A stretch of DNA of 63,811 nt, the filler included, from Octopus bimaculoides (Eukaryota): assembly GCF_001194135.2 (NCBI RefSeq). It is 7 parts of 6 records of this genome, joined end to end, with 100 filler letters (N's around TTAATTAATTAA, not from the genome) between each part and the next. Parts side by side here need not be neighbours in the genome. Positions count along the whole stretch, not along the records: positions 1 to 15,043 come from NC_068998.1; positions 15,144 to 33,882 come from NC_068982.1; 5 more parts are not named here. One strand, written 5' to 3'. The position numbers and the translations under genes are program-made. Every line of letters begins with the position of its first letter. The first letter of the stretch is position 1. Shown here piece after piece: positions 12,338 to 24,829 of the stretch. Under the pieces are notes generated by a model. The model searched no databases and was not told the DNA's origin. It was given only the letters and a program-made list of their open reading frames with translations.

Positions 12338-12542
12338 CATGTGTGTTTGTGGGTCTGTGTTTGTCTCCTACCATCGCTTGACAGCCGATGGTGGCGTGTC
12401 TGCATCACTGTAACTTGGTGGTTCGGCAAAAGAGATCGATAGAATATGTACTAGCTTTACAAAGAATAAGTCCTGGGGTTGATTTCTTCAACTAACGCGG
12501 TGCTCCAGCATGGCTACAGTCAAATGACTGAACCTAATAAAT
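12115..12542 (+). mobile_element. SINE family A copy, near full length
   Basis: Head, internal (TA)(TG) microsatellite and tail all present. Confidence 0.9.
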
Positions 12543-13351
12543 GAATATACAGCTAATGGTGTTTAATGTCACAAATTGTGTTTGTAGATTTTGCTGGAAT
12601 CATGATAGATTTCAAGTGTCATTTAAAGAATTTGCTTTCATTAGGCTTATCACAAGCTGGGAAAGAGTTGCATCTACAACAAAACCAGCAACAACAAAAA
12701 CATCAACAGCAACAACCTAAATACATACATATAAGCTATATGTTTGTGTATGTATGTGTGTGTGTGTATGTGAGTGCTTATTCTCCCAGGCACACATTTT
12801 ACACAGCCATATAATTAGGTAACGTAAATTTCTATCACTTGTCTATCTGGCAATTAACCTCATGATAATGTCGACTCGTTTATTCTAATTAGCACCTCTC
12901 CCCTCGCCTCCATGCCACCCCACAAAATCACTCGAATTGAAGATGACCATGCAAACAGCATCATAGCTTGCAATCACCACCATCATGACCATCATCGCCA
13001 CAACAATCATCAGAATCATCCTCCCCCCCTCCCCCACGTCATCATCGTCACCACCACCACCACCATCATCATCATTAATGCTATCGTCATCATTGTTAGT
13101 GATGTATTTTCTCTCAGTGCAGAGATAACGATGTCTTTCCAAAGGTTTCTTGACAAATCTGATAGCATGGGTTGGATGGATCTGTTGCACAGCATTTATT
13201 TTTTGGCTCAATACAGTTCTAGCTATGTTTACCACAAGGACATACAAGTGTTAGTGTACACACAGACACATATATACACACATACGCACACATATATATA
13301 CACACAAAAGCATGTATATATATATATATATATATATATATNNNNNNNNNN

Positions 13352-13399
<48 letters not shown>

Positions 13400-14767
13400 T
13401 GTATTGAAGACATTAGAAATATTAATGGAGAATTATACCTCCTCAAAAACTTGCACATCGCAGTATTATATACAATACATTCACTTTAACTTTCTGTCCA
13501 ACACGTGTTTCTACTGCAGAGAATTCTTAAGATGTGGCATCCAGTGGCATTTTGTTGGTTCAGCTGCATTATAAAATCATCCAGTGTACCTGTGTAAATG
13601 GAATCAGAATACACAAGACTATATTGGCACAGAGACATATAAATTATAACAATGATGTGGAACCAGATAATGGTAATAATAATATATTTTGAAATGTATT
13701 AACTAAGGAAGGTCATAATTAAGGGCTATATTTCCTGTTATATATTACACAATGATTGGAAGCACATACATAGATAGATAGATAGATAACTTTCTTTATT
13801 GGCCACACAGGGCTGAACACAGAGGGGACAAATACAAATGGAGAGCTTTTCTTTCGAAATGAAAAAGAAAAAAGAAAATTCCGATCAAAAGGGGTCGGGA
13901 AAGACAGACAGACATATAGATAGACAGACAAAGAGACAGAAAGAAAGAAAGTTAGAGAGAGTGAGAGAGAGAGATGTGTTAAATTTTGTACTTACCTGTG
14001 TTTTACTCTAAAGTGCAAATATATTCAGATCAAACGGATACTGTTATTGTTGTGACTAAGGAAGATCATGTATATATACACACACACACACACACACACA
14101 GACATATATATGTATGTATACATGCAAACATAGACACACATATACATGCATACAAACAAATATACAAATTAGATATATATATATATATATATACATACAT
14201 ACATACATACATACATACATACATACATACATACATACATACATACATACATACATTCGTTTGTATGTAATGGAAGGTGTTTTGAAATAGTTTCATATAG
14301 TATTGCAGATCACGCTACCACATATACCATTATAAACAAATGGTGCATCTCATAAATTAGTTGATTCCCAGAAGACTATCGCAGTTATTTCTTTAATATA
14401 ATATAATGTCGAGAGAAATATGAAAATCTATAATACAAGAGATAGCGAGACAGTCATTGTAAATACAACTAAAACATGACAATTATCGGCTTCTAAAATT
14501 GTAAAACACTTCTGTAGCTTGAATGGCTTCCTCAATGGGACAAGGACATTATTAGGAACTACCAATATATTTGTATGGCTACCAAAAATTAGATTTGACT
14601 GCATCAGTGGAGTAAAATAAAAGTGAACTCTAGATTACCTGACTGTTATAGAAAAATAAAAATAAATAATTGCAAAGTACTTTTATAACTTATACATCTG
14701 TATACTTATGTATAAATATATATTCGTATACATACATATATACATCTCTCTCTCTCACTCTGTATCC

Positions 14768-14769
<2 letters not shown>

Positions 14770-14820
<51 letters not shown>

Positions 14821-14896
14821 TGTATGTATGTATATATGTATGTATGTATGTATATATATGTATGTATGTATATATATGTATGTATGTATATATATG

Positions 14897-14935
<39 letters not shown>

Positions 14936-15043
14936 GTATATGTATGTATGTATATGTATGTATGTATATATATGTATGTATGTATATATATGTATGTATG
15001 TATATATATATATGTATGTATGTATATATATGTATGTATGTAT
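14770..15043. repeat. (TATG)/(TA) compound microsatellite
   Basis: Read directly from the sequence. Confidence 0.95.
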
Positions 15044-15087
15044 NNNNNNNNNNNNNNNNNNNNNNNNNNNNNNNNNNNNNNNNNNNN

Positions 15088-15099
15088 TTAATTAATTAA
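15088..15099. other. Artificial six-frame-stop contig linker TTAATTAATTAA (also 33927, 55070, 58454, 60737, 62357)
   Basis: Identical 12-mer centred in N runs, each block totalling about 100 bp. Confidence 0.9.
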
Positions 15100-16178
15100 N
15101 NNNNNNNNNNNNNNNNNNNNNNNNNNNNNNNNNNNNNNNNNNNATATATAGACATATATATATTCTTTTATTCTCTTATTTGTTTCAATCATTTGACTAC
15201 GGACATGTCGGAACACCGCCTTTTAGTCGAATTGAATATGAAGAATGGTTTCAAAATACGGTTCTATGTTCAATATGTTCAATAGTACGTATCAAGAATT
15301 TCAAAATTTTGAATTTTCCCATTTCATCAATATTTCACAATACTTAATTCTTAAAGAAACCATTTTTTTTTTCGCAGCGTGATACAAAATATTTATTTGT
15401 ACAAATTAGTCGTAAATATTGTAGATAAAACCATTCACTTCTGTACAAAAATCCGTTTTAAACATAATCTTCAATGAGTAAGAGGATGTCGATAAAACCT
15501 AAAAATAGAAAACCAAATATTTGAAGATATCAATTTTAAGTAAGTCTGAGAATCAATAGTGTGACTGTCGCAATGATGGACAGCTGCTGAAAAACAAAAT
15601 AATAGAAAAAAAATCAAGATTTCTTAATTTTTGATAATAATTTTGATAACAAAGGAAAAATCTCACGTGTTAGCATGCCACCTACAATTTCTATGACAGA
15701 CTATGAATGCATGTGAAATATGTTGATGCAACTATAGCTGAAGAACAACGAATTAATTAGCGACTGTGTATATCTAGTTAGATATATAACAAGAATGTGA
15801 TAAATTATATTCAGCTGTGCGCTTTGAATGCAAACTGATTAAATGTGGTTTATAACACTACTTTCCATATAAACTATTGTTGAGACGGTTTGTTCAATGC
15901 AGGGATTCTGAAAGAAAACCGACAGCATTCCTGCTTTCTAATTGGTTATATTACATGAAATACTTCAATTACTTAGCCATGCGTGCATGCATCGACGTAA
16001 TATTTTAATGAACAAGAATAAGTAAGGTAATGAGGACGATAATGATGCCATAATGAATGTAATATCATTTACAATGCCAATGACGCTAATACAAAATCGA
16101 TACATGCATCGCAGATACATTTTGGTATAAACTTCTGCAAATGCAGACGCTGGATTTATGACTTACGATTTTTCTTTT

Positions 16179-16219
<41 letters not shown>

Positions 16220-17146
16220 TATGGTTCCTACTGATGATGGTTGTTTCTGCGTTTAAAGGTAATGAAATATTCCTCTAATCAAACACCTACTTCAAATAGA
16301 CATGTATAATCGATAAAATGTGTGATTTCTCAGACCAGTTATACAGCTGTATCCTAATTTGTATGAAGCAACAGATAATCTTAGCTTAGCAAACTTCGCT
16401 GTTTTTGTGACAATTCGCTACAGGATTTTTCTTATTCAAACTATATAGATTATAGGTCTGAAGTCAGCAAAACAATTTAAGAGAACATTTAGTAATGACA
16501 CTGTTCAATAATAGTCATTTAGATAGTGCTATGGTGTGTTTTGTGTCATAGGGTGAACTAACTAATCGACATTCTCTGCGTATTTGTTTTCTATACTGCG
16601 GCAGATTAATGATACTAGCCGAAGTATTGGTTTTTCAAATAAAGAGCTGACAACGAATTCACTTTACAAGTATGTTTTGTTGGTAGTGCTTGCAGATTAA
16701 GGTAGACTGGTGTGAACATAGAGAAATTTGAATGAGTTTTCCAGCGCAACGGTGACAATATATAAGGTCAGTCGTGAGGTAAAATTATGAAAATTATACA
16801 ATTAAGCATACATTCAATATTACTCTTTTTCCCGATAACATGTCTAGACACGCAGTGATAATATTGGAATGGTTGTACAAATGTTAAACACTGACCAGTA
16901 CTTCTGCATAATGAACCACGACTGTCGCAGTTTGAGTATGGTTATATAATAAATTGAAAGGCGAATTGACTACTTAGCATTATTTGTTTCGAATTTCTGC
17001 GTTCTGAATTTCAGTATGCCAAGATCAAATTGCCCTTCGTTCATTCTATGTCGAAAAAATATCAATTGGAGCTGCGAATTTGCTGAACAACAAGAGACTC
17101 AGAAAAAAACATTGCCGTGTTTCTTCCTGCTCACATACCAGACATG

Positions 17147-17160
17147 CTCTCCTCCTCTCT

Positions 17161-17255
<95 letters not shown>
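17147..17255. repeat. (TC)n microsatellite
   Basis: Read directly from the sequence. Confidence 0.95.
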
Positions 17256-17259
<4 letters not shown>

Positions 17260-17959
17260 CTATCTCTCTTACACACACACACGCACACACAATTGTTTCC
17301 TTTATTTACCATTGGGCATATACGCGCCTGTGTATTTGTGTGCATATGTTAGATCATTCCCAAGGCTCAGATTAATAGACGAATTGTTATTGTTTACAGT
17401 CAACATATGTTATCTCTATCCCCATATATTTATACATTTATTTTGAAAGATATATCATTGTCTACTGGGAAAAATGCATTAATATTGAGTCACATAAACT
17501 CACCTGATCAATTTAACAGACTACAGACATATCGATATACCGCAAATCTGTTTAGTTTCTTTTTTGGTTTATGAATATTTTTTGGTTCTTTTTTGTCTTA
17601 TTTTGCCTAGGTTTGTACTATCTCCTTTCTATTGGCGTTTCATAATGCTTGCGTCGCTTCCAATTATGTAATTTCAACACAGTCCGTTTTACATGCATAT
17701 TACGTTCAAGCTAACATTGGACAAGATAAATATGATATATCAACATACATCTTGCTGTTACTGTTCTTATTCATGTTGCTATCTTTCTTGTAATAATTAT
17801 CGTTTCGTTAGTATTATAATTCATTATTATTGTTGTTGTTTTTGTTATCATTTTTATTATAATTGTTGTTATCATCATCACCGTCATCATGATTATATTT
17901 ACTAAGACGACGAGCTGACAGCAACTGGCAGAAGCATGTGCTTTATAGACATTTGTATA

Positions 17960-17991
<32 letters not shown>

Positions 17992-18474
17992 NNNNNNNNN
18001 NNNNNNNNNNNNNNNNNNNNNNNNNNNNNNNNNNNNNNNNNNNNNNNNNNNNNNNNNNNNNNNNNNNNNNNNNNNNNNNNNNNNNNNNNNNNNNNNNNNN
18101 NNNNNNNNNNNNNNNNNNNNNNNNNNNNNNNNNNNNNNNNNNNNNNNNNNNNNNNNNNNNNNNNNNNNNNNNNNNNNNNNNNNNNNNNNNNNNNNNNNNN
18201 NNNNNNNNNNNNNNNNNNNNNNNNNNNNNNNNNNNNNNNNNNNNNNNNNNNNNNNNNNNNNNNNNNNNNNNNNNNNNNNNNNNNNNNNNNNNNTATATAT
18301 ATATATATGTACTTATGCACACAACATTAAATAAGAGCTACTCATAGTTTCTTGCCATAGATTCACTATAACTAGTGCAGTTTATATAACGTAATTTCTA
18401 TATCCAATCAAATTTGCGGGCACATAGTTAGCCATAATTGAAACCAAAGTTCTAGTTTTGAAATAGAAATAACC

Positions 18475-18705
18475 AGGTGCAGGCGTGGATGTGTGGCAAG
18501 AAGTTTGCTTCCCAACCACATGACTCCGGGTTCACTCTCAATGCGTCGCACCTTCGGCAAGTGTCTTCTATTATAGCCTCGAGCGGACCAACGCCTTGAT
18601 TTAGTAGATGGAAACATTTAGAAACCCATCGTGTAAATATATATGTATATAAAGGAAGTGCTCCAGCATCGCTGCAATTACATGACCGAAATGTGAAAAA
18701 GAGTA
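18475..18705 (+). mobile_element. SINE family A copy, internally deleted
   Basis: Head and core joined directly to the GTGCTCCAGCAT tail. Confidence 0.75.
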
Positions 18706-19049
18706 TGTGGTCTGAGGTTGCAGATTGCTTGAACACAGAAGGTACGTTATAAACATCATTCTTGTTACATTTTCTCCGTACATTTATAGATTACATTCTT
18801 ACATAGACATAAACCCACTATATTTCTTTATTTCTACCTATATTATGTTTACATATCTATATATCTATATGTCCATGTATATTTTTAGTATTCATAATTT
18901 TGATATTTCTATGTTTTTTATATTTCTAATATATACAAATATGTTTCAGATTGGACAATTCTTATTTTATCTTAAGTAAACCCATGTATGTATGTGTTAA
19001 TCTTTGTCTGCTTGATTTGAGACTTTTTTATTGTGTTTATTATACTTAT

Positions 19050-19500
19050 CTAGCGCCTTGGGTTCGGTTTGAGCACTTCTACTCCATCTGCTCACACGTG
19101 ACCCACGGCTACCCATCTTTCTTTCTTCCACTTCCTTCCTAAAGACAAGACGTGATTTTACCTCTCTCTACTCAAAGCTCGTTTTCCAGCGTCACCACTT
19201 CACATCGTCTTGGCTTAACAACCCCCCAGTTTTGTTTTCACTGTCCTGTCTTTGTTACCATTTTAACCCTCCGCAAAAAGTCGCAAATTTTATTGAATTT
19301 GTTTTGCGAGAAGGATAGTTTTAACAAAGTCGTGTCTTGTCCCTACCTTCGAAACGCGGAGTAGATACAACAGTGGACAACTGATGGAGGGAACGTTCTT
19401 TCTGTTGCTTGTCTCATTTCTCTATTTGTTTCTTTCATTGTGCGTTTTCTTTTTTTTTCTATGTTCTCGTTTCTCTTTTTGTTCACGTTTGTTTTATGTT
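19050..19500 (+). mobile_element. Highly decayed Penelope-like 3' end
   Basis: RF-EHFYSIC...GYP and LGLN-like residues resemble the GIY-YIG C-terminus seen at 25973, followed by a pyrimidine-rich 3' region with hammerhead core motifs. Confidence 0.4.
19329..19392 (+). ncRNA. Candidate hammerhead-ribozyme-like motif with unusual strand order
   Basis: GUC site at 19334-19336; stem I TTGTCC/GGACAA; CTGATGG core at 19381-19387; GAAA at 19351-19354; stem III ACGCGG/TCGTGT. Confidence 0.4.
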
Positions 19501-19731
19501 CTTTACTCATATATGCATGTATATATACATATATATATATATATGTAGGTATGTACATTTATGTATGTATATAGGCACTTTTGAAACACAACAGATACCA
19601 TATCTAGTAATTTATATATCACGTCTCTAACTGGCCGACGCTGCGTTAAAATGTTCAGTAAGAGTTCATTGTATTCATATGAAAATAATTTTTTCAATAC
19701 GACTAAAAGTATAAATAAGAACGGCTATACT

Positions 19732-19833
19732 ATAAAGTGAAGTATATTTTCCACTTAAATGTGGCTGACCCCTATGGGTGGATGTTACTGTTGGGGTCAG
19801 CCACATTTAAGTGGAAAATATACTTCACTTTAT
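19732..19833. repeat. Perfect 41-bp inverted repeat with 20-nt spacer
   Basis: ataaagtgaagtatattttccacttaaatgtggctgacccc (19732-19772) and its exact reverse complement (19793-19833). Confidence 0.97.
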
Positions 19834-20637
19834 CATAATCAGCTCTAACAGATAAACACTTTATCCCATTGATGCCATAAGAACAAAAACAAAAATAAAA
19901 ATAAAATGAAATCCTTTCCCAAATTGCCTGGAAGATATTCCCGTATGTTTCATTATCTTTATGCTCTTTGTATCACGACGTTTTTGTTTTTTTTATTGTT
20001 TTTTTTTTCAACCTGGACATTTTCTGCTCAGTTAAGCTTAACTTCGCTTCCTGGTATAAATAAAAGGATTAAGTAGATTGCGTAGAAACCATGACTGACA
20101 TATTTAGTTCATTTGACCATTCTGAAGAAACACTGTATATATAGGAAAAATACTACAGCAATTCATGTAACTGAGAAAAAAAGAAACATTAAGCGTATCC
20201 CTACCACACAGGAGAAATGCGCAGGATCCGGGTCCGTGCAGCAGATACAACAAATAAACAATAAACGCCGATTTTTGCGTGTAATGAGGCGTTTTATTGT
20301 TCAGATCTCACCATTTAAGAAGATCAAAAACATGAATGATCAGCAAATTGCATCGAAATATTCAGATGCGTTTCAGCGTGCACATGCAGTATTGACATAT
20401 TCTCTTCTCTCACGTTTGATACACAATCGAATCTTCGATGCGATAAAAAAAAAACGGTTTTCTCCAAAGAATTTCACTGGAACGTTCATAACAACCTGAA
20501 ATATTGAAATACGAGTTACAACTAATAATCCGTGTTACTTTCATAAATTGCATTGTTTTCACTCTTAACAAAACATAATTATAAACAGATATGTGGGCGT
20601 GTATGTGTATGGGTGTATGTATGTGCGTGCGTGCGTG

Positions 20638-20760
20638 TGTAGGCGCTAGCGTTGCTGTGCGGTAAGAGTTTGTTTCCCAACCACGTTGTTCCGCATTTAG
20701 TCTCACATCGTGATACAATGTAGCAAGTGTCTTCCACTATAGCCTCGAGGCAACCACAAC
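20638..20760 (+). mobile_element. SINE family A head, decayed
   Basis: TGCTGTGCGGTAAG...CAAGTGTCTTCCACTATAGCCTCG. Confidence 0.7.
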
Positions 20761-20764
20761 CGGC

Positions 20765-20799
<35 letters not shown>

Positions 20800-21704
20800 N
20801 NNNNNNNNNNNNNNNNNNNNNNNNNNNNNNNNNNNNNNNNNNNNNNNNNNNNNNNNNNNNNNNNNNNNNNNNNNNNNNNNNNNNNNNNNNNNNNNNNNNN
20901 NNNNNNNNNNNNNNNNNNNNNNNNNNNNNNNNNNNNNNNNNNNNNNNNNNNNNNNNNNNNNNNNNNNNNNNNNNNNNNNNNNNNNNNNNNNNNNNNNNNN
21001 NNNNNNNNNNNNNNNNNNNNNNNNNNNNNNNNNNNNNNNNNNNNNNNNNNNNNNNNNNNNNNNNNNNNNNNNNNNNNNNNNNNNNNNNNNNNNNNNNNNN
21101 NNNNNNNNNNNNNNNNNNNNNNNNNNNNNNNNNNNNNNNNNNNNNNNNNNNNNNNNNNNNNNNNNNNNNNNNNNNNNNNNNNNNNNNNNNNNNNNNNNNN
21201 NNNNNNNNNNNNNNNNNNNNNNNNNNNNNNNNNNNNNNNNNNNNNNNNNNNNNNNNNNNNNNNNNNNNNNNNNNNNNNNNNNNNNNNNNNNNNNNNNNNN
21301 NNNNNNNNNNNNNNNNNNNNNNNNNNNNNNNNNNNNNNNNNNNNNNNNNNNNNNNNNNNNNNNNNNNNNNNNNNNNNNNNNNNNNNNNNNNNNNNNNNNN
21401 NNNNNNNNNNNNNNNNNNNNNNNNNNNNNNNNNNNNNNNNNNNNNNNNNNNNNNNNNNNNNNNNNNNNNNNNNNNNNNNNNNNNNNNNNNNNNNNNNNNN
21501 NNNNNNNNNNNNNNNNNNNNNNNNNNNNNNNNNNNNNNNNNGAGTAGCTGTGGGATAAGAAGCTTTGCTTCCCAGCCATATGGTTCTGGGTTCAGTCCCA
21601 CTATGTGGCACCTTGGGCAAATATCTTCTACTATAACTTCGGGACGACGGGAGCTTTGGGAGTGAATTTGGTAGGCTGAAACTGAAAGAACCCCGTCGTA
21701 TATA

Positions 21705-22997
21705 TCAGGGCATCATTTAAGTTCTGTCCGAAATTTGAATAAAGAAAACAAATGATCAAATGTTATATTTAATTGAAATTTAATCATCAACGTACTTTCC
21801 CTGATTATCTATGACTTCCTTTCATCTATCTACAAGCTTTCTTATCCCATAAATGTAAAACTCCTTCAGTTTCAATGAGAACAACTCAGACGTGTCAGTT
21901 TCAACCTCCTCCACGCTTGCGAAAGTTATGTCCCCCAAATGACTATGTTAACCACAAACGAAATGGTAGTCTCAAGGAGCAAGGTCCGGAGAATAAGGTG
22001 GATGAGGAATTGTTTTACCAACAAAGTTCTCTGATCTTCTGTGATGTGCTCTTGACAGTGTGGGGTCGCGCTTTGTCCTAATGAAGCATCACTCCTTTTC
22101 TATTCACTAAAGTGAGTATTTTTTTTCTTCAAAGCTTGATTCAAACACTCTAATTGGTGCCAGTAGACTTGAGCATTGATTGTTGCATAAGGTGGTAACA
22201 ATTCAAAGTGAATTACTACTTTGCAATCCCACCAGACAGAGAGAAGAGCCTTTTTCTCAAGAAGTCCCCTTCGTGGTTGTGGTTGAGCTCTTTCCCTTTT
22301 ACCAAGCCACTGTTTACGACGTTTAACATTTCGATAGAAGATCCATTTTTCGTCACCAGTCACAAGTCTATCCAAAAAAGGTGAAATGATTTCGCGAGAA
22401 TAGAGAGAAGAGCAGATGTCAACTCGGGATTTGCGGTTGCTTTCGGACAATTCATGAGGCACCCATTTTCCAAGTTTAGGAACCTTTCCAAGTTGTTGAA
22501 GATGACGATGAACTGTTGCATGGTTTGAACTAAGCTTTATTGCCAATTCGTCAACTGATAATCCAGGATTTTCTTCAAGTAATGCCTCAAGGAGCTTATC
22601 ATCAAACTCAACTGGACATCCTGTTCGATCTTCATTTTCAAGTCTGAAATCTCCACTTCTGAATTTTGCAAACCTTCTTCTGGAAGTTCTTTTATTCAAG
22701 CATTCTTTCCCATAAACTGAGTGTATGTTTCGAGTCGCTTCGGCTGTAGGGTTTCCTTTTTTTGTACTCATAAAGCATTATGGGTCTCAAAAGCTCTTTG
22801 GATACTTCTATGTTAGAACGGGTTTTAATCATAAAAAATTTAATTCTATTATTCTGTAAAATAATATTTAATTAGTTTAAATGTACACAAATGCATAAAA
22901 AATAATTTATAATTCCACTAGCCATTCTAAAATACTATAAAATCTCATTCAATTTTTAAAGCAGGTAAAATCGGACAGAACTTATGGGATGACCTGA
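21705..22997 (-). mobile_element. Full-length (1293 bp) mariner DD34D DNA transposon, inactivated
   Basis: 27-bp TIRs TCAGGGCATCATTTAAGTTCTGTCCGA (21705-21731) and 22971-22997, 4 mismatches, with TA on both sides. Transposase motifs WVPHEL, TGDEKW, D-x34-D and HPPYSPDLAP. Confidence 0.95.
21780..22811 (-). pseudogene. Mariner transposase pseudogene
   Basis: Start codon mutated to ATA (22811-22809), frameshifts in poly-A runs near 22760 and 22120, and several in-frame stops in the C-terminal half, which ends ...DNQGKYVDD* at 21780. The ORF-track segment 22100-22771 is the largest intact piece. Confidence 0.9.
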
Positions 22998-23917
22998 TAT
23001 AAACATATGTATGTATTTGTGTCTCTGCGTTTGCCCTCCCACCTTCACTTGACAACCTATGTTGGTGTGTTTACGTTACCGTTACATAGTGGTTGGTCAA
23101 AAGAGACCGACATAATGAGTCACTAGGCCTGCAAAGTGTAAGTCCACGGATCGATTTGTTCGAATAAAGACTTTGCTCCTGCATAGACGCAGTGGTATAT
23201 TCGATGTTTATATCTGCTTTCTGGCGTTTTTGTTATTTTTCGCTTTGCCATTAATTTGTCCCTTTATATGATTTATATCCCTATACACATCGTGGAAATA
23301 TGATGTTACAGCGTTTGAATTTTGATATGAGAATAGTTATGTCATATAACGAATGAGATGCAGTCGTCATTATGTCTAAGGGGGTTTTTCAGTATAATTA
23401 TTTGAACAGTTTTATTATATTTACATATGAAAGACAAATTAGCTGATAATTACATAGGCCATATTTTGACAGGAATTTATAAGGGGATATCATTTTCCTC
23501 AAATACTACTGTCCTATAGAAACACAAATATGTGTGCATTGCAATGAATATTTCTACATTTAAATGTTTAGATATTGCAAAATGTTCAAAATATCTCTGT
23601 TCAATCATATTTAATTGACAATGGCTACAATACAAATATTGATTTCGGTAAAAGCATGTCTTTTATATGATATCAATGTAAGCGATTTATGTGAAATACA
23701 GGCTAGAATAGGAAAGAAGAATTAACACATGGAAATATAATACATCAAGGAAACAATCATGAAGTGTTTTAGTCTCTAAATATAAAACTAAAAAAACATA
23801 TCATAAATCACATTATTACCATTCGTCTGTTATAAAAACTACACCTGTGTCAGAAAAGTGGAATAAGAATAATAAATATTTCCGAGAATAGAATGGGCTT
23901 CTTCAATAAATATGCAG

Positions 23918-24285
23918 TTAGGCGAAGGAGTAGCTATGACATAAAAAGTGTGTTTCCCAATCACATTGTCCCCGGTTCAGTCGCATTCCTCAGTTTCTTG
24001 GGCAATTGTCTTCTACTATAGATAGCTTCGGGCTGACCAACGCCTTGTTATTGGAATCGGTAGACTGAAACTGAAAGAAGCCCATCATGTCTGTATGTGT
24101 GTGTGCGTGTTTTTCTGTGTCCTCACGTTTTGACAACCAGTGTTGGTGTGTTTATGTCCAGTAACTTAGCAGTTTGGGAAAAAGAGAACTATTGGTAAGT
24201 AGCAGGACTAAAAGATATAAGTACTAAGCTCGATTCCTTCGACTACAAATTTTTCAACGAGGTGAAATAAGCAAAACATAAAAGA
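23918..24285 (+). mobile_element. SINE family A copy
   Basis: Head, core and decayed tail. Confidence 0.8.
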
Positions 24286-24436
24286 TATAAGAATAGATAC
24301 AGCGTCTGCAGGTTCTCAGCCAATGCAAGAAATAGCAGCTCTTTTACATGATAAATTATTAAAAATCATACAAGGAAACATTTAGCTGCAGTTATACAAG
24401 TGGCGATTTTTATCATTCCCTTTAGGTAAACCATAT

Positions 24437-24829
24437 GTGGAGACGAAATGGCCCAATGGTTAGAGCAGCGGATTCGCAGATATCGGATCGCGGTTTCGAT
24501 TCGCAGACCGAGTGTTGTGAGTGCTTATTGAGCAAAACCACTTAAAGTTTCACGAGACTCCGGCAAGGAGTGGTGGCGAACCCTGCTGTACTCTTTCAAC
24601 AACAACTTTCTCTCGCGCGTTCTTCCTGTCTCTATTGTACCTGTATTTCAAAGAGTCAGCCTTGTCACAATCTCTGTCGCGCTGAATCTCCCCGAGAACT
24701 ACGTTAATGGTACATTTGCCTGTGGAGTGCTCAGCCACTTGCACATTAATTTCACGAGAAGGCTGTTCTATTGATTGAATCAACTAGAGCCCTGGCCGTC
24801 GTAACCGAGGGAGTGCCGTAAAAGAAAAC
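24437..24829 (+). mobile_element. SINE family C copy, full length
   Basis: tRNA-like head TGGCCCAATGGTTAGAGC...GGTTTCGATTC followed by the shared central domain. Confidence 0.85.

Larger units (their letters stand above)
21542..23190 (+). mobile_element. SINE family A copy split by the mariner insertion
   Basis: 5' half at 21542-21704 and 3' half at 22998-23190; the sequence is continuous once the mariner is removed. Confidence 0.85.

Noticed and set aside
12912-13574. His/Thr/Ile-rich 220-aa ORF
   Set aside because: Built from (CAT)/(CAC), (TA) and (GA) microsatellites and crosses a gap.
20113-20499. 128-aa plus-strand ORF
   Set aside because: Non-ATG start, AT-rich Lys/Ile/Asn bias and no domain.
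940-21665. Long ORF-track entries containing X runs
   Set aside because: They are open only because they cross N gaps.
24437-24510. tRNA-like sequences at SINE heads
   Set aside because: They have A/B boxes but no complete cloverleaf and run straight into SINE bodies, so they are not tRNA genes.
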